From Zootoca vivipara (Eukaryota): a stretch of 64,000 nt of DNA. The DNA lies in contig NC_083283.1 of NCBI RefSeq assembly GCF_963506605.1, forward strand, positions 83,452,001 to 83,516,000, written 5' to 3'. This document shows positions 46,971-58,893 of this stretch, piece by piece (within the stretch, counting starts at the first letter, position 1; every line of letters begins with the position of its first letter). Made by a program: the position numbers and the translations under genes. Under the pieces are notes generated by a model. That model was not told the origin of the DNA and made no database searches. It was given only the letters and a program-made list of their open reading frames with translations.

Positions 46971-49385
46971 TTGACAGGTTGCTGCCTCCTCCTTAACAGT
47001 GTTAGAATCACCTATGAGTAAAATAGGATCTGGCTTGTCAGGAGCCTGTTGTGGTGTCAGAGTATTGGTACAGCTTCCAATTGGGAAAAAAATCTGGCTT
47101 TTCCGAGAGCCTGAAGTCAGTGAAACCTCATGGCAATAAGACTGAAGAAATGCCCGGACTCCATCAATCCCCACAAACTGGGAGATGGGAGCACCATCAA
47201 AATGCACACTTCCATTGTCACACAACTGAGAATTTTTCCACCTGCGAAGTCTGAGTGCCAATAACACAAGGAGGAAGGCAAGGAACAAGCAGGAGACAAA
47301 AGCCACTGCAGTCACCAAATAGAAGGTGATATCTGACTGTGGGTCTTCAGATACCGGGATGCTGCTCATATCAGTCAGCATGTCAGGGATACTGTCAGCC
47401 AAGACCACAGTGACAGTGACTGAAGCCGACATTGGAGGCTGCCCATTGTCCTTGACTAAAACCACCAGGCTTTGCTTGAGGGAATCTTTCTCTAGAAAGA
47501 AGCGGGCCGCCCTGATCTCTCCCGTGTGGAGCCCCAGAGTGAAGAGCCCTGGCTCAGTGGCCTTGATCAGCTGGTAGGAGAGCCAGGCATTCTGGCCAGA
47601 GTCCGCATCCACGGCCACCACCTTAGTGACCAGGTAGCCTGGCTCAGAGGAGCGAGGGGCCAGCTCTATCCCCGTGGAGCCATCGGTGGGAGGGGAGGGG
47701 TATAGGATTTGGGGAGCATTGTCATTCTGGTCCAGGATGAAGAGAGTCACTGAGACTTCGGAGCTGAGTGGTGGAGAGCCTCCGTCCTTGGCCTTGACCA
47801 GGAAATTCATCTCTTTAATCTCTTCATAATCAAAGGAGATCAGGGCATAAACAACCCCAGTTTCAGAGTTGATAGAAAGGTAGGATGAAAGAGTAGAATC
47901 GCCAACACTTTGATCAATGATTGAAAAAGTGATTGTAGCATTTTCCATGCAGTCAGGATCACTTGCTTTCATGTAATAAACAGATGCTCCTCTGATGTTA
48001 TTCTCAGTTACGTAAGAAGTATATTGTATGTTATTGAAGATTGGGGCATTATCATTTACATCTGAAATTTCTACAAAGAACACTGTAGTGGTTGATAATG
48101 GAGGGCTCCCTTTGTCTGTAGCCATGATAGTTATACTATAGTTTGATGTTTCTTCTCTGTCGAGCAGCATGTCAGTCATCAAATGGTAATAGTTATCAAA
48201 GGATTTCTCTAAGTGGAAAGGAAGAGTTTTAGGAACTGAGCACAAGACTTCTCCATTCTCCCCCATATCTCTGTCTTGTATGTTTAGTAGAGCAACCACA
48301 GTTCCTGGAGAGCTTCCTTCACTGATTGAACTGAAGAAGGTAGTGATAGTTATCTTGGGAATATTGTCATTAACGTCAATAAGGATGATCAACACTTTAG
48401 CCCTGTCGGAGAGACCTCCATTGTCCTTTGCTTGAACTTCCATTTCATGTAATGCATCGTCTTCATAGTCCAACTTCCCTGTTGTTGTTATCTCCCCATT
48501 TCTAGAATTTATTTGAAAGAGTTGTGATGCTTTCTCCTTTATTTTTAGGAATGAGTAAATCACCTCAGAATTCGTTTCTTCATCGGCATCTGTAGCATTT
48601 ACAGTAAGCAGCAGAGAGCCTATGGAAACACTTTCCAAAACACTCACTTTATAGAGAGGTTGGTTGAAAATGGGTGCATTATCATTTGCATCAAGAACCG
48701 TTACATAGATCTGCAGAGTGCCAGACCTCACGGGATGCCCACCATCCGTGGCCGTTAGGATGAGTGAGTAAAATGCTTCCGCTTCTCTGTCCAAAGATTT
48801 CTCTAGCACCAGTTCTGGAAATTTGTCCTTATCAGATCTGCTCTGCAGTTTCAGGGAGAAATATCTGCTGCTGCTCAGATGGTAGTTCTGAAGGGAATAA
48901 TCTCCAATGTCAGAATCCTGAGCTTCTTGCAAGGCAATATGAGTCCCTACAATGGCCGTTTCACTTATTTTAAGATCTAAGCGTTCCTGGGTGAAAGTTG
49001 GAGCATTGTCATTTATATCTGTGATTTCAATTTCTACAGTGAACAGTTTCATTTTATCCTCAACAAGGACTTCAAGACTTAAAACACACTTCTCTTCCCA
49101 CCTGCATATTTCTTCTCTGTCTATCCTTTCGGAGACATATAACTGGCCATTCTTAGAATTCAAAGTAAAATATTGAAGCATACCTTCAGAGATGATGCGA
49201 ACTCTGTTGTCTGACAATTTCTTGGAACCCAGTCCCAGGTCCTCTGCTATATTCCCAATGAAAGAGCCTTTCGGGACTTCCTCAGGAACTGAGTAGTGGA
49301 GTTGCCCACAATTTGTCTGCCAAATGGCAATAAAAGCAAACCAGAAGGAGCCACTGTGTTGTCGGAGTCTCAGCGCAGCTGCCAT
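46971..49385 (-). CDS. PCDHGA: Protocadherin gammaA-like variable exon 7
   Basis: 808-aa ORF, cadherin motifs, gammaA tail; donor CAA|GTGAGT at 46971/46970, phase 0. Confidence 0.95.
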
Positions 49386-49585
49386 TTCAAAGAATTACCT
49401 TTGGAACGTCTACCTATTTCTCTTTCTCGTGGCAAAGGGTTTTGTAGCAAAGAACCAGAAAATCCTTTTCTTAATCTATACTGTTTCACCGAGAGAGAGG
49501 ACGTGTGCCAGTTTAGCTGCCTTTCTAGCAATGTGTAACACTCAAGAACCTACCCTGCATCTTTCGTTTCATTTTGCTTTCTCGT

Positions 49586-49613
49586 TGGTAAACAGCGGCG
49601 CCCAGAGTCTCAA
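49586..49613 (-). promoter_or_regulatory. CSE for exon 7
   Basis: TTGAGACTCTGGGCGCCGCTGTTTACCA about 209 bp upstream of the ATG. Confidence 0.85.
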
Positions 49614-50098
49614 CCAAAAACTGCAATGGCTAAAGTCATACAAAAGGCAAAGACAGCCTAGTTGACATGATTAAGCAGTTTTCTTCCTACGTGTGTGGAT
49701 AACTATCTATAAACAAAGCATAAACAAATCAAGCATAAAAACAAAGCATATTAAAAAGTATAAACCAGAAAAGCATTTAATAAACCTGTAATTTCTGTTC
49801 TATGAGAAATACTTGATTTTTTTACAAAATACTGTACCTATTCCACAGAATTCTTTGTTTTGAAAAATTAGTAAGTAAATGTATCCTTTGTCTTTATTTG
49901 GAGAAATAATACCACCAACACATATTTAATGTTGTATTTAATGAGATTTTCTTTGCTTTGTTTATTTTCTTTGCTTCAGTAAAGGATCACTGTAGCTAAC
50001 AGAACATTAAGGCTGCAATCCTACACAAACTTACCTGGGAATAAATCATATTGAAAATTTACTTGTGAGTAACCATATGTAGGATTGTACTGTAAAGT

Positions 50099-50555
50099 AA
50101 GGTGATGTCTTAATCCTTGCCGACAAAGGTCCATATAGTTAAAGCTATGGTTTTCCCAGTAGTGAAGGCTGATCGCTGAAGAATTGATGCTTTTGAATTA
50201 TGGTGCTGGAGGAGACTCTTGAGAGTCCCATGGACTGCAAGAAGATCAAACCTATCCATTCTGAAGGAAATCAGCCCTGAGTGCTCACTGGAAGGACAGA
50301 TCGTGAAGCTGAGGCTCCAATACTTTGGCCACCTCATGAGAAGAGAAGACTCCCTGGAAAAGACCCTGATGTTGGGAAAGATGGAGGGCACAAGGAGAAG
50401 GGGACGACAGAGGATGAGATGGTTGGACAGTGTTCTCGAAGCTACTAACATGAGTTTGACCAAACTGTGGGAGGCAGTGGAAGACAGGAGTGCCTGGCGT
50501 GCTATGGTCCATGGGGTCACGAAGAGTCAGACACGACTAAACAACTAAACAACAA
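50099..50555 (+). mobile_element. BovB (RTE LINE) 3' fragment
   Basis: LRVPWTARRSNLSILKEISPECSLEG...KTLMLGK; (CAA)-type tail; flanks ACTGTAAAGTAA/ACTGTAAATTAA. Confidence 0.9.
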
Positions 50556-51330
50556 CTGTAAATTAAAGTAACATTCCAAATATCACCATTTCATTGTGTA
50601 TAACTTATAACATTATTTCAGTGAAATCAGGCAGACTTCTTGATCATTTCATTCCTGGCCTATTCACTACTTTAGTTTAGACATTTTAGAAGCCATATAT
50701 ATTTATATATTTTTCATTTCTTACCACAAACAACTTATGGTAATTAGAAATATCTGATTTTATTGCCATATTGTCTTTAAAACCTCTACCCAGTTAGACT
50801 AAAAGGCTTGAATTTAAAAGATAATAAGCATTTTGCTTCCATACCGGGAATGAGCATACCAGGAAGACAACGAAATGAAGATTGAAGTAGGGCCACAATT
50901 TCGGCCACAATTAAAAGAGCTTATTTGCAACATGGTTAACTACTTAACTGGCAGCCTCCCTTACAGTCTGTAACTTTAGGAGCTGGGAAAGAATTTTCTG
51001 CTACCTACCTTGGTCGGACAACCTTACCTTGACTCTGTGGGGTGGGCCACAATAAAATATAATAGTAATCATAGTAATCATAGTAATCATAGTAATCATA
51101 GTAATCATAATAATCATAATACTTCACCCATCTGGCTGGGTTTCTCTGGGGGAAATGTTTGAGGCGTCTGGACCCCCACAAAGTTGATGGGCATTCCCAT
51201 TCAAATGGGGTATGTGCTCTGCATCATGTGATCGATTATGCAGGGCAGGGCCTACCTGGACCCTCACAGTATTTTATTCAAGTTGGTACCCCTGACCTCT
51301 GATCAACTGGAAAAGTTATTTGTCTTAGAT

Positions 51331-51516
51331 CAGGGGTTGTCAGCCTGGTCTCTACCGCCCACTAGTGGGCGTTTCAGGATTCTAGGTGGGCAGTAAGGGG
51401 TTCTATGGCACAAGCTGAATCCTCCTTCCATCAAGCACTGGTGGGCAGTAAGGAAATTTTACCATCAAGAAAGATGCATTAGAAGGCAGTAGGTATAAAA
51501 AGGTTGACCACCCCTG
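51331..51516. mobile_element. hAT-type MITE
   Basis: CAGGGGTTGTCAGCCT...AGGTTGACCACCCCTG; imperfect TSD ending TAGAT. Confidence 0.7.
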
Positions 51517-53039
51517 GTCTAGATGCTTAAGAAAATGACTTGCTTAATTTGGAACAAATACACACTTAATAGTGCAGAGTTGACAAAAATAACTCCAAGG
51601 CTGATTAGGGAACAAGAGTCAAAAGATTCACACTTCATCTGCAAACAGCTAAAATTGTACTGCCTGAGATACTGTGGGTTTCTCCAGGGTTTCTTCAGAG
51701 AGGAGACTTTTATGGAGATCATATGGCTTGTACCTGAGATATTTTACACACAAAGCATATGCTGGGCTACAGTCTTTTAGTTTATTTCAGTTTAAATCCA
51801 AATACCTTGGTTTTATTAAGTTATGCATCAGAAGCAATTATCTGATTATGTCATTTCCTTCTTACTAGCTGTTTATAGTTAAACTCATGTTTACCTTCTT
51901 AGTTTAACTCTTTACAGTTAAAATATTGCTTTGTTGTGTAACAGAAATAATTTTCACCCTTACTAACCATATGGTTGTGAGCATTTAAAGCACTGCCTTT
52001 AAAATATGGTTCGACATCTCATTCAGACATTCAAAGAAGGAGAAATGCTGGTGTACCTCCATCTACATTTATTAGATAATGCTGATTCCTCCATCCTTTT
52101 TTAAAATTAAAAGATCACAGGAATCACGAATGAAATGTCTAGAACACAGTGTGTAGGAGCAGATGTTACTGCACACAGGCTAGAGCCTGTTTTACATGTT
52201 CAGTCATGGTAATGATTATGGTGAACAGAGATTCCTTCACATCCACCAGAGTTGTATCTGAGAAATGCCATCCACAGGAGCTGCTAAGTAGCAATGGAGC
52301 TTATTGATCTGCATTTTACAAGAACCCTCGATGATTCAGTGTGACTTATTCCCAAAGCATTTCATAGAAAAATGACTTGAGTGATGGATTGCTTATAGGA
52401 CTGGAAGTTCCTGTGGCCCTGTCCAGACCCTTTTGCTGGAATGAATTTTCACTATTGCAACTTAATGTTATTTGCAGCTTAATATTATCAGAGAGGTTCA
52501 ACTTTTGTTGCCCACAACAGCGTCAACCCAGAAGGGGTAGTAAATTGGGTTCAGGTGGCAATAAGTACTTCCTTAAAAGAAGAGAAGATCCCAGCAGCCT
52601 TGAAGGACGTACCTCTGAGACTACTCCTTAAAAATACATGGATGATCCCCCCCCCCCGCAATTGGCGAGTTGCTAATCCCCCTTTCTTGGGCAAGTGGCT
52701 TTACTAGGCAATGGCTTCTCAACCCCAGACATGCCTGGATTAAATGGATTATTTGGATCTATTTCAGTCTGAATTCTGTCATTGTTTGGGGGCACTTTGG
52801 TCACCCCCACAGAAAACACATGGTAGGAGAGGAACACATGGAGTGCAATCCTGTTGATTCTCCTGGATCTCTCAAAGGCTATCAATTTGATGTATCAATT
52901 ATAATATACTTCCGAATAATATTCTGGTTTGCAGGCATTGTGTCCCCTTGGTTCTGTTCTTGTCTGTCAGGTTAGTCCCAAAAAGTTATACTGGACTACT
53001 TCTGTTTCACTCCACAACATTTATCCTATTGAGTAACAT

Positions 53040-53240
53040 GTACCCAGCTTTAGGAGGAAATTATCTGGAGATGATAATGAGGCATCACCACTATGCTAAC
53101 AACACCCAGCTCTATTTCTCCTCTTTGTCCAGTGTAGATGACACAATGAATGTTCTTAAAAGGTGCTTGGTATATTAATGTGTTGGATATGGGCTAATAA
53201 ACCAAAGCTCAGTCCAGAAAAGATAGATGTTCTGTAGGAA
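53040..53240 (+). mobile_element. Degenerate L2 LINE RT fragment
   Basis: HHYANNTQLY resembles the L2 YADDTQLY motif. Confidence 0.55.
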
Positions 53241-55275
53241 GGCAATGAAGTTGATTAGTGATTCAGTGTTCATCCTATTTGCTGTACCTCCAGCACAATT
53301 AACTGTGGAAGGGGTAACGGCAAGCTTAATGGGCGAGTTGGACAGAAGGGAGGCATGCGCGATAAGCACTCCTAGTTCCAGAAATAACAAGGAATGCCGT
53401 ATGCAAACCTGTGGTGATTCAACTGCATTTAAAACTGCCAAGTCTTGCTGCCTGTGCAACAAAAAGGGGCATTTGGCAGGAACTGCAGATTCAAAAGAAA
53501 GCAAAATGCTCCCAGGTCTGTTCCAGTTCGACAATAACAGGCGTTAGCCCAGCAGTCGGAAGCATGTAGTAAAAATGGACACGAGCCTTTCATGCTCGGA
53601 CAACAGGTCATAAAAGAATTAAAGGTGCCAAGTGGGGGTCATTTGTTATCAACAGTAGAGTGTCGTCCCACCTTTGCAACGACAGAAGCTTGTTTATTTC
53701 TTTTGAAGAGGAAATTGGTAAAGTACATGTAGCCAGTTCTGAAGTCCTGCAGTCATTTGGCAGGGGTACAATTAAACTTGACTCTTTAAACATTACAATA
53801 GCAAATTGCATTTACTGCCCGTCAGTGGATAATTTATTATCAGTAAGTTGCTTTGCTCGTCAAGGAATAACTGTGTGCTTTGCTAAGACAATATGTGAGA
53901 TTTTCGATGGAAACGAACGTGTATTATATGCCCGGGAGTCTGAGGGCTTATATAGACTGTACTTTCAGAGCTATTCACAACCACCTGTAAATTGCAGAGT
54001 AATACAGTCAAGACGGGTTGAAAAATGTAAAAACACATTCTGGATGTATCCATGAAGCACACAGACTTCTAGGACATTTGAACTTTGCTGATGTGATAAA
54101 GACAAAGAATATTGTTGATGGACTGAATTTAAAGCCATGTAAATACTATATGCAATGTATATCCTGTTGTAAGAATAAGATAAAGGTTGCATGCAAGGGT
54201 AAATGCTCAGACAGGAAAGTATCAGGGCCATTTGAGCGTGTGCATTGTGATTTGGTTGGGCCGCTCCCACCATCATTAGGAGGTTCAAAGCACTGGTTAA
54301 CTCTGATAGATCAGTATAGTACATTTTCCTGGGTTTATACAATTGCTGAGAAGTCACAAGCTTTTGAGAAGTATAAAGTTTTTTGCAACTGGGTAAGAAT
54401 GCACTTTAACAAACCTATAAGGAATCTTTTTTCTGACCGGAGAATACAATTTGTTTCTGAAGAGTTTGAGCGTTTCCTGGCAGCACAGAGGACTACTCAT
54501 GAGTTATCTTGCCCCTGAAGTCCTTGGCAGAATGGGCTTGTTGAGGTTGTGCAATGTGATTTGCAGGCAGGTGTTAAACTTATCTGCATGATGCTAATTT
54601 GCCCAAAGGGTTTTGGGCTGAAGCTCTCATTGGCTATTGTTATGTGAAGAACCGCAGTTATCATTCTGGTTTAGATGTCACTCCCTATGAAATGTTGTTT
54701 GGAAAATGCCCTAACCTAAATGTCTACGCATTTGGGGTTCAAATGTTATCATGCATTACCCTGCTAATCAGAAATTGGGTGAGCGTAGTGCTCAAGGAAG
54801 ATTAATGGGCTACCAGGAGGGGGCGTACAGAGTTTATATACCAGCCACTGGCATGTTTCACATAACCAGAAGCATAATCCCAACTATAAATTGGAATGGA
54901 GTTGCTGTTTTCCAAGATAATTATGGTATAAATGATACTGAGGAGGAAATAGAAGTAGCAAGAGAAGAAGGAGCAGCAGGGGATAGTGGTGATGGTGAAG
55001 ACAGAAAACCTGTTGGGTCTGGTGATTTATTTGAAAATTTGAAGCTACAGACACCCGAGAGGTTTTCTTTTGAGTTTCCCGATTGTAAACGAAGCCCGCA
55101 GGAGTTTCAGCAGTCTGACAAAAATGATTTAAAGTCTGAGGCTAGTAGTTCAAATAGTTCCACTGAGTCTGAAGGGTCAAGTTCTCCTTCTGGACTCAGA
55201 CGGTCAGGTAGAAAGAGACAAGAGCCTAAACGATTTGCAAATGAACAGTTTAACACCGTGTATGCCAAGAAGGCA

Positions 55276-55586
55276 GAGCCAGTGTGGTGTAGTGGTTAAG
55301 AGCGGTAGACTTGCAATCTGGGGAACCAGGTTCGCGTCTCCACTCCTCCACATGCAGCTGCTGGGTGACCTTGGGCTAGTCACACTGCTCTGAAGTCTCT
55401 CAGCCCCACCCACCTCACAGGGTGTCTGTTGTGGAGGAGGAGGGGAAAGGAGATTGTTAGCCGCTTTGAGACTCCTTCGGGTAGTGATAAAGCGGGATAT
55501 CAAATCCAAACTACTCTTCTTCTTCTTCTTCTTCTTCTTCTTCTTCTTCTTCTTCTTCTTCTTCTTCTTCTTCTTCTTCTTCTTCT
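55276..55586 (+). mobile_element. tRNA-derived SINE (MIR/Ther1-type, Squam3-like) with (CTT)n tail, nested in copia
   Basis: Box A TGGTGTAGTGG and box B-like GGTTCGCGTCTC; GAGCC at both junctions; removing it restores copia AEPKSYHEV. Confidence 0.85.
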
Positions 55587-56276
55587 GAGCCTAAAAGCTA
55601 CCATGAAGTTCAAAACTTACCTAAGCAAGAAGCTGTGAATTGGTATAAAGAAATGGATTCTGAGATAACTTCTTTAAAAGAGCATAACACTTGGACTCTT
55701 GTACCACAAACCCCAGATATGAGAGTAATTGACTCAAAGTGGGTTTATAAAGTTAAAATGAATGACAAGAATGAAGTGGTAAGGTACAAGGCAAGATTAG
55801 TAGCCAGGCGATTTCAACAAGTTCCAGGCAAGGATTATGATTTATGTTACTCACAAAGTGTAAAATATGAGACAGTTAAGCTTTTGTTAAAAGACACATC
55901 CCAGCGTGGACATTCTCTTTATCATTTAGATATAAAAACTGCATATTTGTTTGCAGATTTAAAATAACAAATTTTTATGTGAATTCCTGATGGTGTAAAT
56001 GCTGCTGAAGGATTGGTATGCAAACTAAATAAATCTCTTTATGGTTTGCACCAGAGTGGGAGAAACTGGCAGCAATCATTGGCGAAAGAATTACTGCATT
56101 TTGGTTTTTCGCAAGGAAAAGCAGGCAACTGTGTGTTTGTAAAAGGAAATGCAAATTCTGTAACAAAAATATGTGTTTATGTAGATGGCGTGTTAACTTC
56201 TACAAAAACTAAACAGGAATATAAACAAATAGTGTCACAGTTACAGAGAAAATTTGATGTGGTTGAATTGGGCATA

Positions 56277-56480
56277 GAAAAGACCCTGATGTTGGGAAAG
56301 ATTGAGGGCACTAGGAGAAGGGGACAACAGAGGACGAGATGGTTGGACAGTGTTCTCGAAGCTACGAACATGAGTTTGACCAAACTGCGGGAGGCAGTGC
56401 AAGACAGGAGTGCCTGGTGTGCTCTGGTGCATGGGGTCACGAAGAGTTGGACACAACTAAACGACTAAACAACAACAACA
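56277..56480 (+). mobile_element. BovB 3' fragment nested in copia RT
   Basis: EKTLMLGKIEGTRRRG...; (CAA)n tail; copia sequence resumes as NYLSMQI. Confidence 0.9.
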
Positions 56481-58052
56481 AAAATTACTTATCCATGCAA
56501 ATTGAGAAAGGCAAAAGCCTATGGTGTGTGGTTTCACATTTACAGATGAAGATAAGCCATTTCTTAACAAAATGTGTATCGTTCTGCCATAGGCAAGCTT
56601 AATTTCATTCAAAGAATTTCAAGACCAGATATAACGTATGCTTTTCATTTTCTGGCAAAATTTGTGGAAGAGCCCACTATGCAATGTTTTTCTACTCTTA
56701 AAAGAGTGGTAATGTATCTCAAACATACAAAACATTATAGGTTGCAGTTTACATCATGGATTGACAAAGGTTTTGAAATTTTCTGTGATGCATCTCATGC
56801 AGTGGAGCAAAATAATTACAGAGGTGTGTCTGGTATGATGTTTTTTTTATAACGGGTGTCTTTTTGAATGGAAGTCTCAAAATGAAACAATTATTTGTCT
56901 CTCCACAACTGAGAGTGAACTGTGCGCATGTGTTCAGGCCATTTGTGATACTGAATGGTATTTACAAGTATCTGAAGATTTGAAGATGCAAGTAACATTA
57001 CCAGTGAAAGTTTATCTTGATTCCCAGAGCAGACTCGCTATTCTGTGTTCAGAAACTAATACACAGCGCACTAGAGTATTGAGATTACATTTGCAATTTG
57101 TAAAGAAAATGATTGCTGGCGAAACAATTGTATTTCAGTATGTTCCGGGTGACAGTCAAATTGCGGATATTTTTACTAAAATGCTTCCAAAGGTCACACA
57201 TGAAAGACATGTACAAAATATGCTTGATGTTGTTCCACAATAATGAACCGCAGGGGAAATGTTGAGTGAACAGTTTGAGATTCATTACTGTTCCACAGAA
57301 ATGTGTATCTCTTTAAAAGAAAGAAGGAAATGTAGTGACCTAGTTTTGCAGCTGTGGGGCAGTACAGCAGCTGATGTTAAGTTTGTATTGATTTAAGGCA
57401 TGTCAGTAATCGCATACAGTATATGAGTAGTCTGCGTACCTTGCTCAGTACCCTGGGTGGTGGGTCTCTGGATGGGTCATGTTTCTGTAAAGTTCTTATG
57501 ATTAGTGTAACTTCTGTTATTTTTCTTTAATTAAATCCACTCCTGATTATACTTTGCAGTCTCCCCAAAATGCTTTTTGTTGTGCAATAGTTACTCTGCT
57601 TAAATACGCCAACACTCCCTGTGGTTGGACTGCTCTTCTGCCTGGGTATGTCAGTTTAGTCCAATATGGAGTTAAAGATTTAAAAGCTTGGTTCTTTTAA
57701 AACTCTCAATTAAGATCCAGGCAGTGGAACTAGTCTTCTTTTACTTTCCCGAAAAAGCATGTGATAGAGTAGAATGTGAGGTATAATCTACAATCATGAA
57801 AAAATGAACTTTAGTGTTGCAGATACACAGAAGCTCAGCTGCATTTTAAGAGGGTCTTATTAGAGAGTATGAAGTTGTTGCTTTATTCTTGATCCCCTAC
57901 TCCTGTTTCCCTACAACTGGTTCAGCTATCTATCCCCTTACCTAAAATTCTCTAGGCATCTCCCACCTTGACTACCGCTATGTTTTATTCTCTGGCTTGG
58001 ACTTTGAAGCAGATGAAGACCTCCCTGTTTCTTCTTCTTCTTGTTTTAATAC

Positions 58053-58539
58053 TGTTATGAGTTTGGAGGGAAAAGAAGGCTGTATGTCTTGCCCCCCTTC
58101 TAATTCATGGATCCAGCATGGATTTAATTCCTGGAATAGCTAGGCTAACTTCCTGATAAGATAATGGCCCTCTAAGTGTGGACCTTTAAGGTAAAAAAGG
58201 AAGTGTCTCTGTGCCGCATGACAAAGGCTTCCCTCCCTCAACAAACCGTTAGCTAGAAAGACAAAGGCCAGAATTGAGAGTTTAGTTACGTGAGATGAAA
58301 GGTAGAAGAGAGTGTGCAGGCTGGGAAGCTGGGATACAAAGTTACGCCTGATTTCTGCTTGAATACAAGGTTTGGCTATGGCGGAAGCAAAACCCCTCCA
58401 TCATAGGCTCAGGTTGTGTATATGTGTAAATAAACAATATATCATAGACACCACAGTCTCCACTGTTCCTCATTCCAAAAGGAAACATGAACCTGGAATC
58501 CATGGAATTTCACATTGCTTGGAGATTGGGGTGGCAACA
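58053..58539 (+). mobile_element. Solo LTR
   Basis: TGTT...AACA termini; 4-bp TSD ATAC (58049-58052, 58540-58543); AATAAA near 58428. Confidence 0.65.
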
Positions 58540-58893
58540 ATACATATGAAGATCCACTACCATTTAAACACAAACATTAAACAAAGGAGATGTTTCTTAA
58601 GAAGTGTGTTAAACTTAGATTAAATGTGAAACAGCAAATTACAGTGTGAATAAGTAAAAAAAGGCAAAATTATCTTCAAGATTATAAAGATTTGTTAAAT
58701 GTTTCAGTTCTTACAGTGATTCTTACAGAAACACTTGTTCAGCTGCAGTGAAGTTATTCTTGAACATTAAATAAAGGGTAAAAATAATACAACTAGATAA
58801 ATATATTGACATAATCTTAGAGAGCAATTTTCACACAAATATTCATCACCAATTTATAAAACCTTTTCAAAGTTTAGTGAATGCAAAACATAC

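Larger units (their letters stand above)
53260..57614 (+). mobile_element. Decayed, 5'-truncated Ty1/copia LTR retrotransposon
   Basis: Copia domain order: zinc knuckle CCLCNKKGH, protease-like NSRVSSHL, HRLLGH, integrase VHCDLVGP and PWQNG, then RT (KWVYKVK, RYKARLVA, HLDIKTAYL, LNKSLYGL.QSGRNW, YVDG) and RNase H (CDAS, STTESE, ADIFTK); PPT AGGGGAAA; 3' LTR TGTTG...CAACA at 57260-57614; many stops and frameshifts. Confidence 0.9.

Noticed and set aside
51063-51120. (TAGTAATCA)n short tandem repeat
   Set aside because: Simple repeat, probably a retroposon tail remnant.
55281-55350. tRNA-like sequence
   Set aside because: It is the head of a SINE, followed by the SINE body and a (CTT)n tail.
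55429-55638. Poly-leucine ORF
   Set aside because: Translation of the (CTT)n microsatellite.
57815-58539. Longer solo LTR starting at TGTTGC
   Set aside because: No TSD at this boundary, whereas 58053 gives a 4-bp ATAC TSD.
1161-58893. ORF-track stop codons a few codons beyond each exon
   Set aside because: They lie in the introns after consensus phase-0 donors, so they are not the true C-termini.
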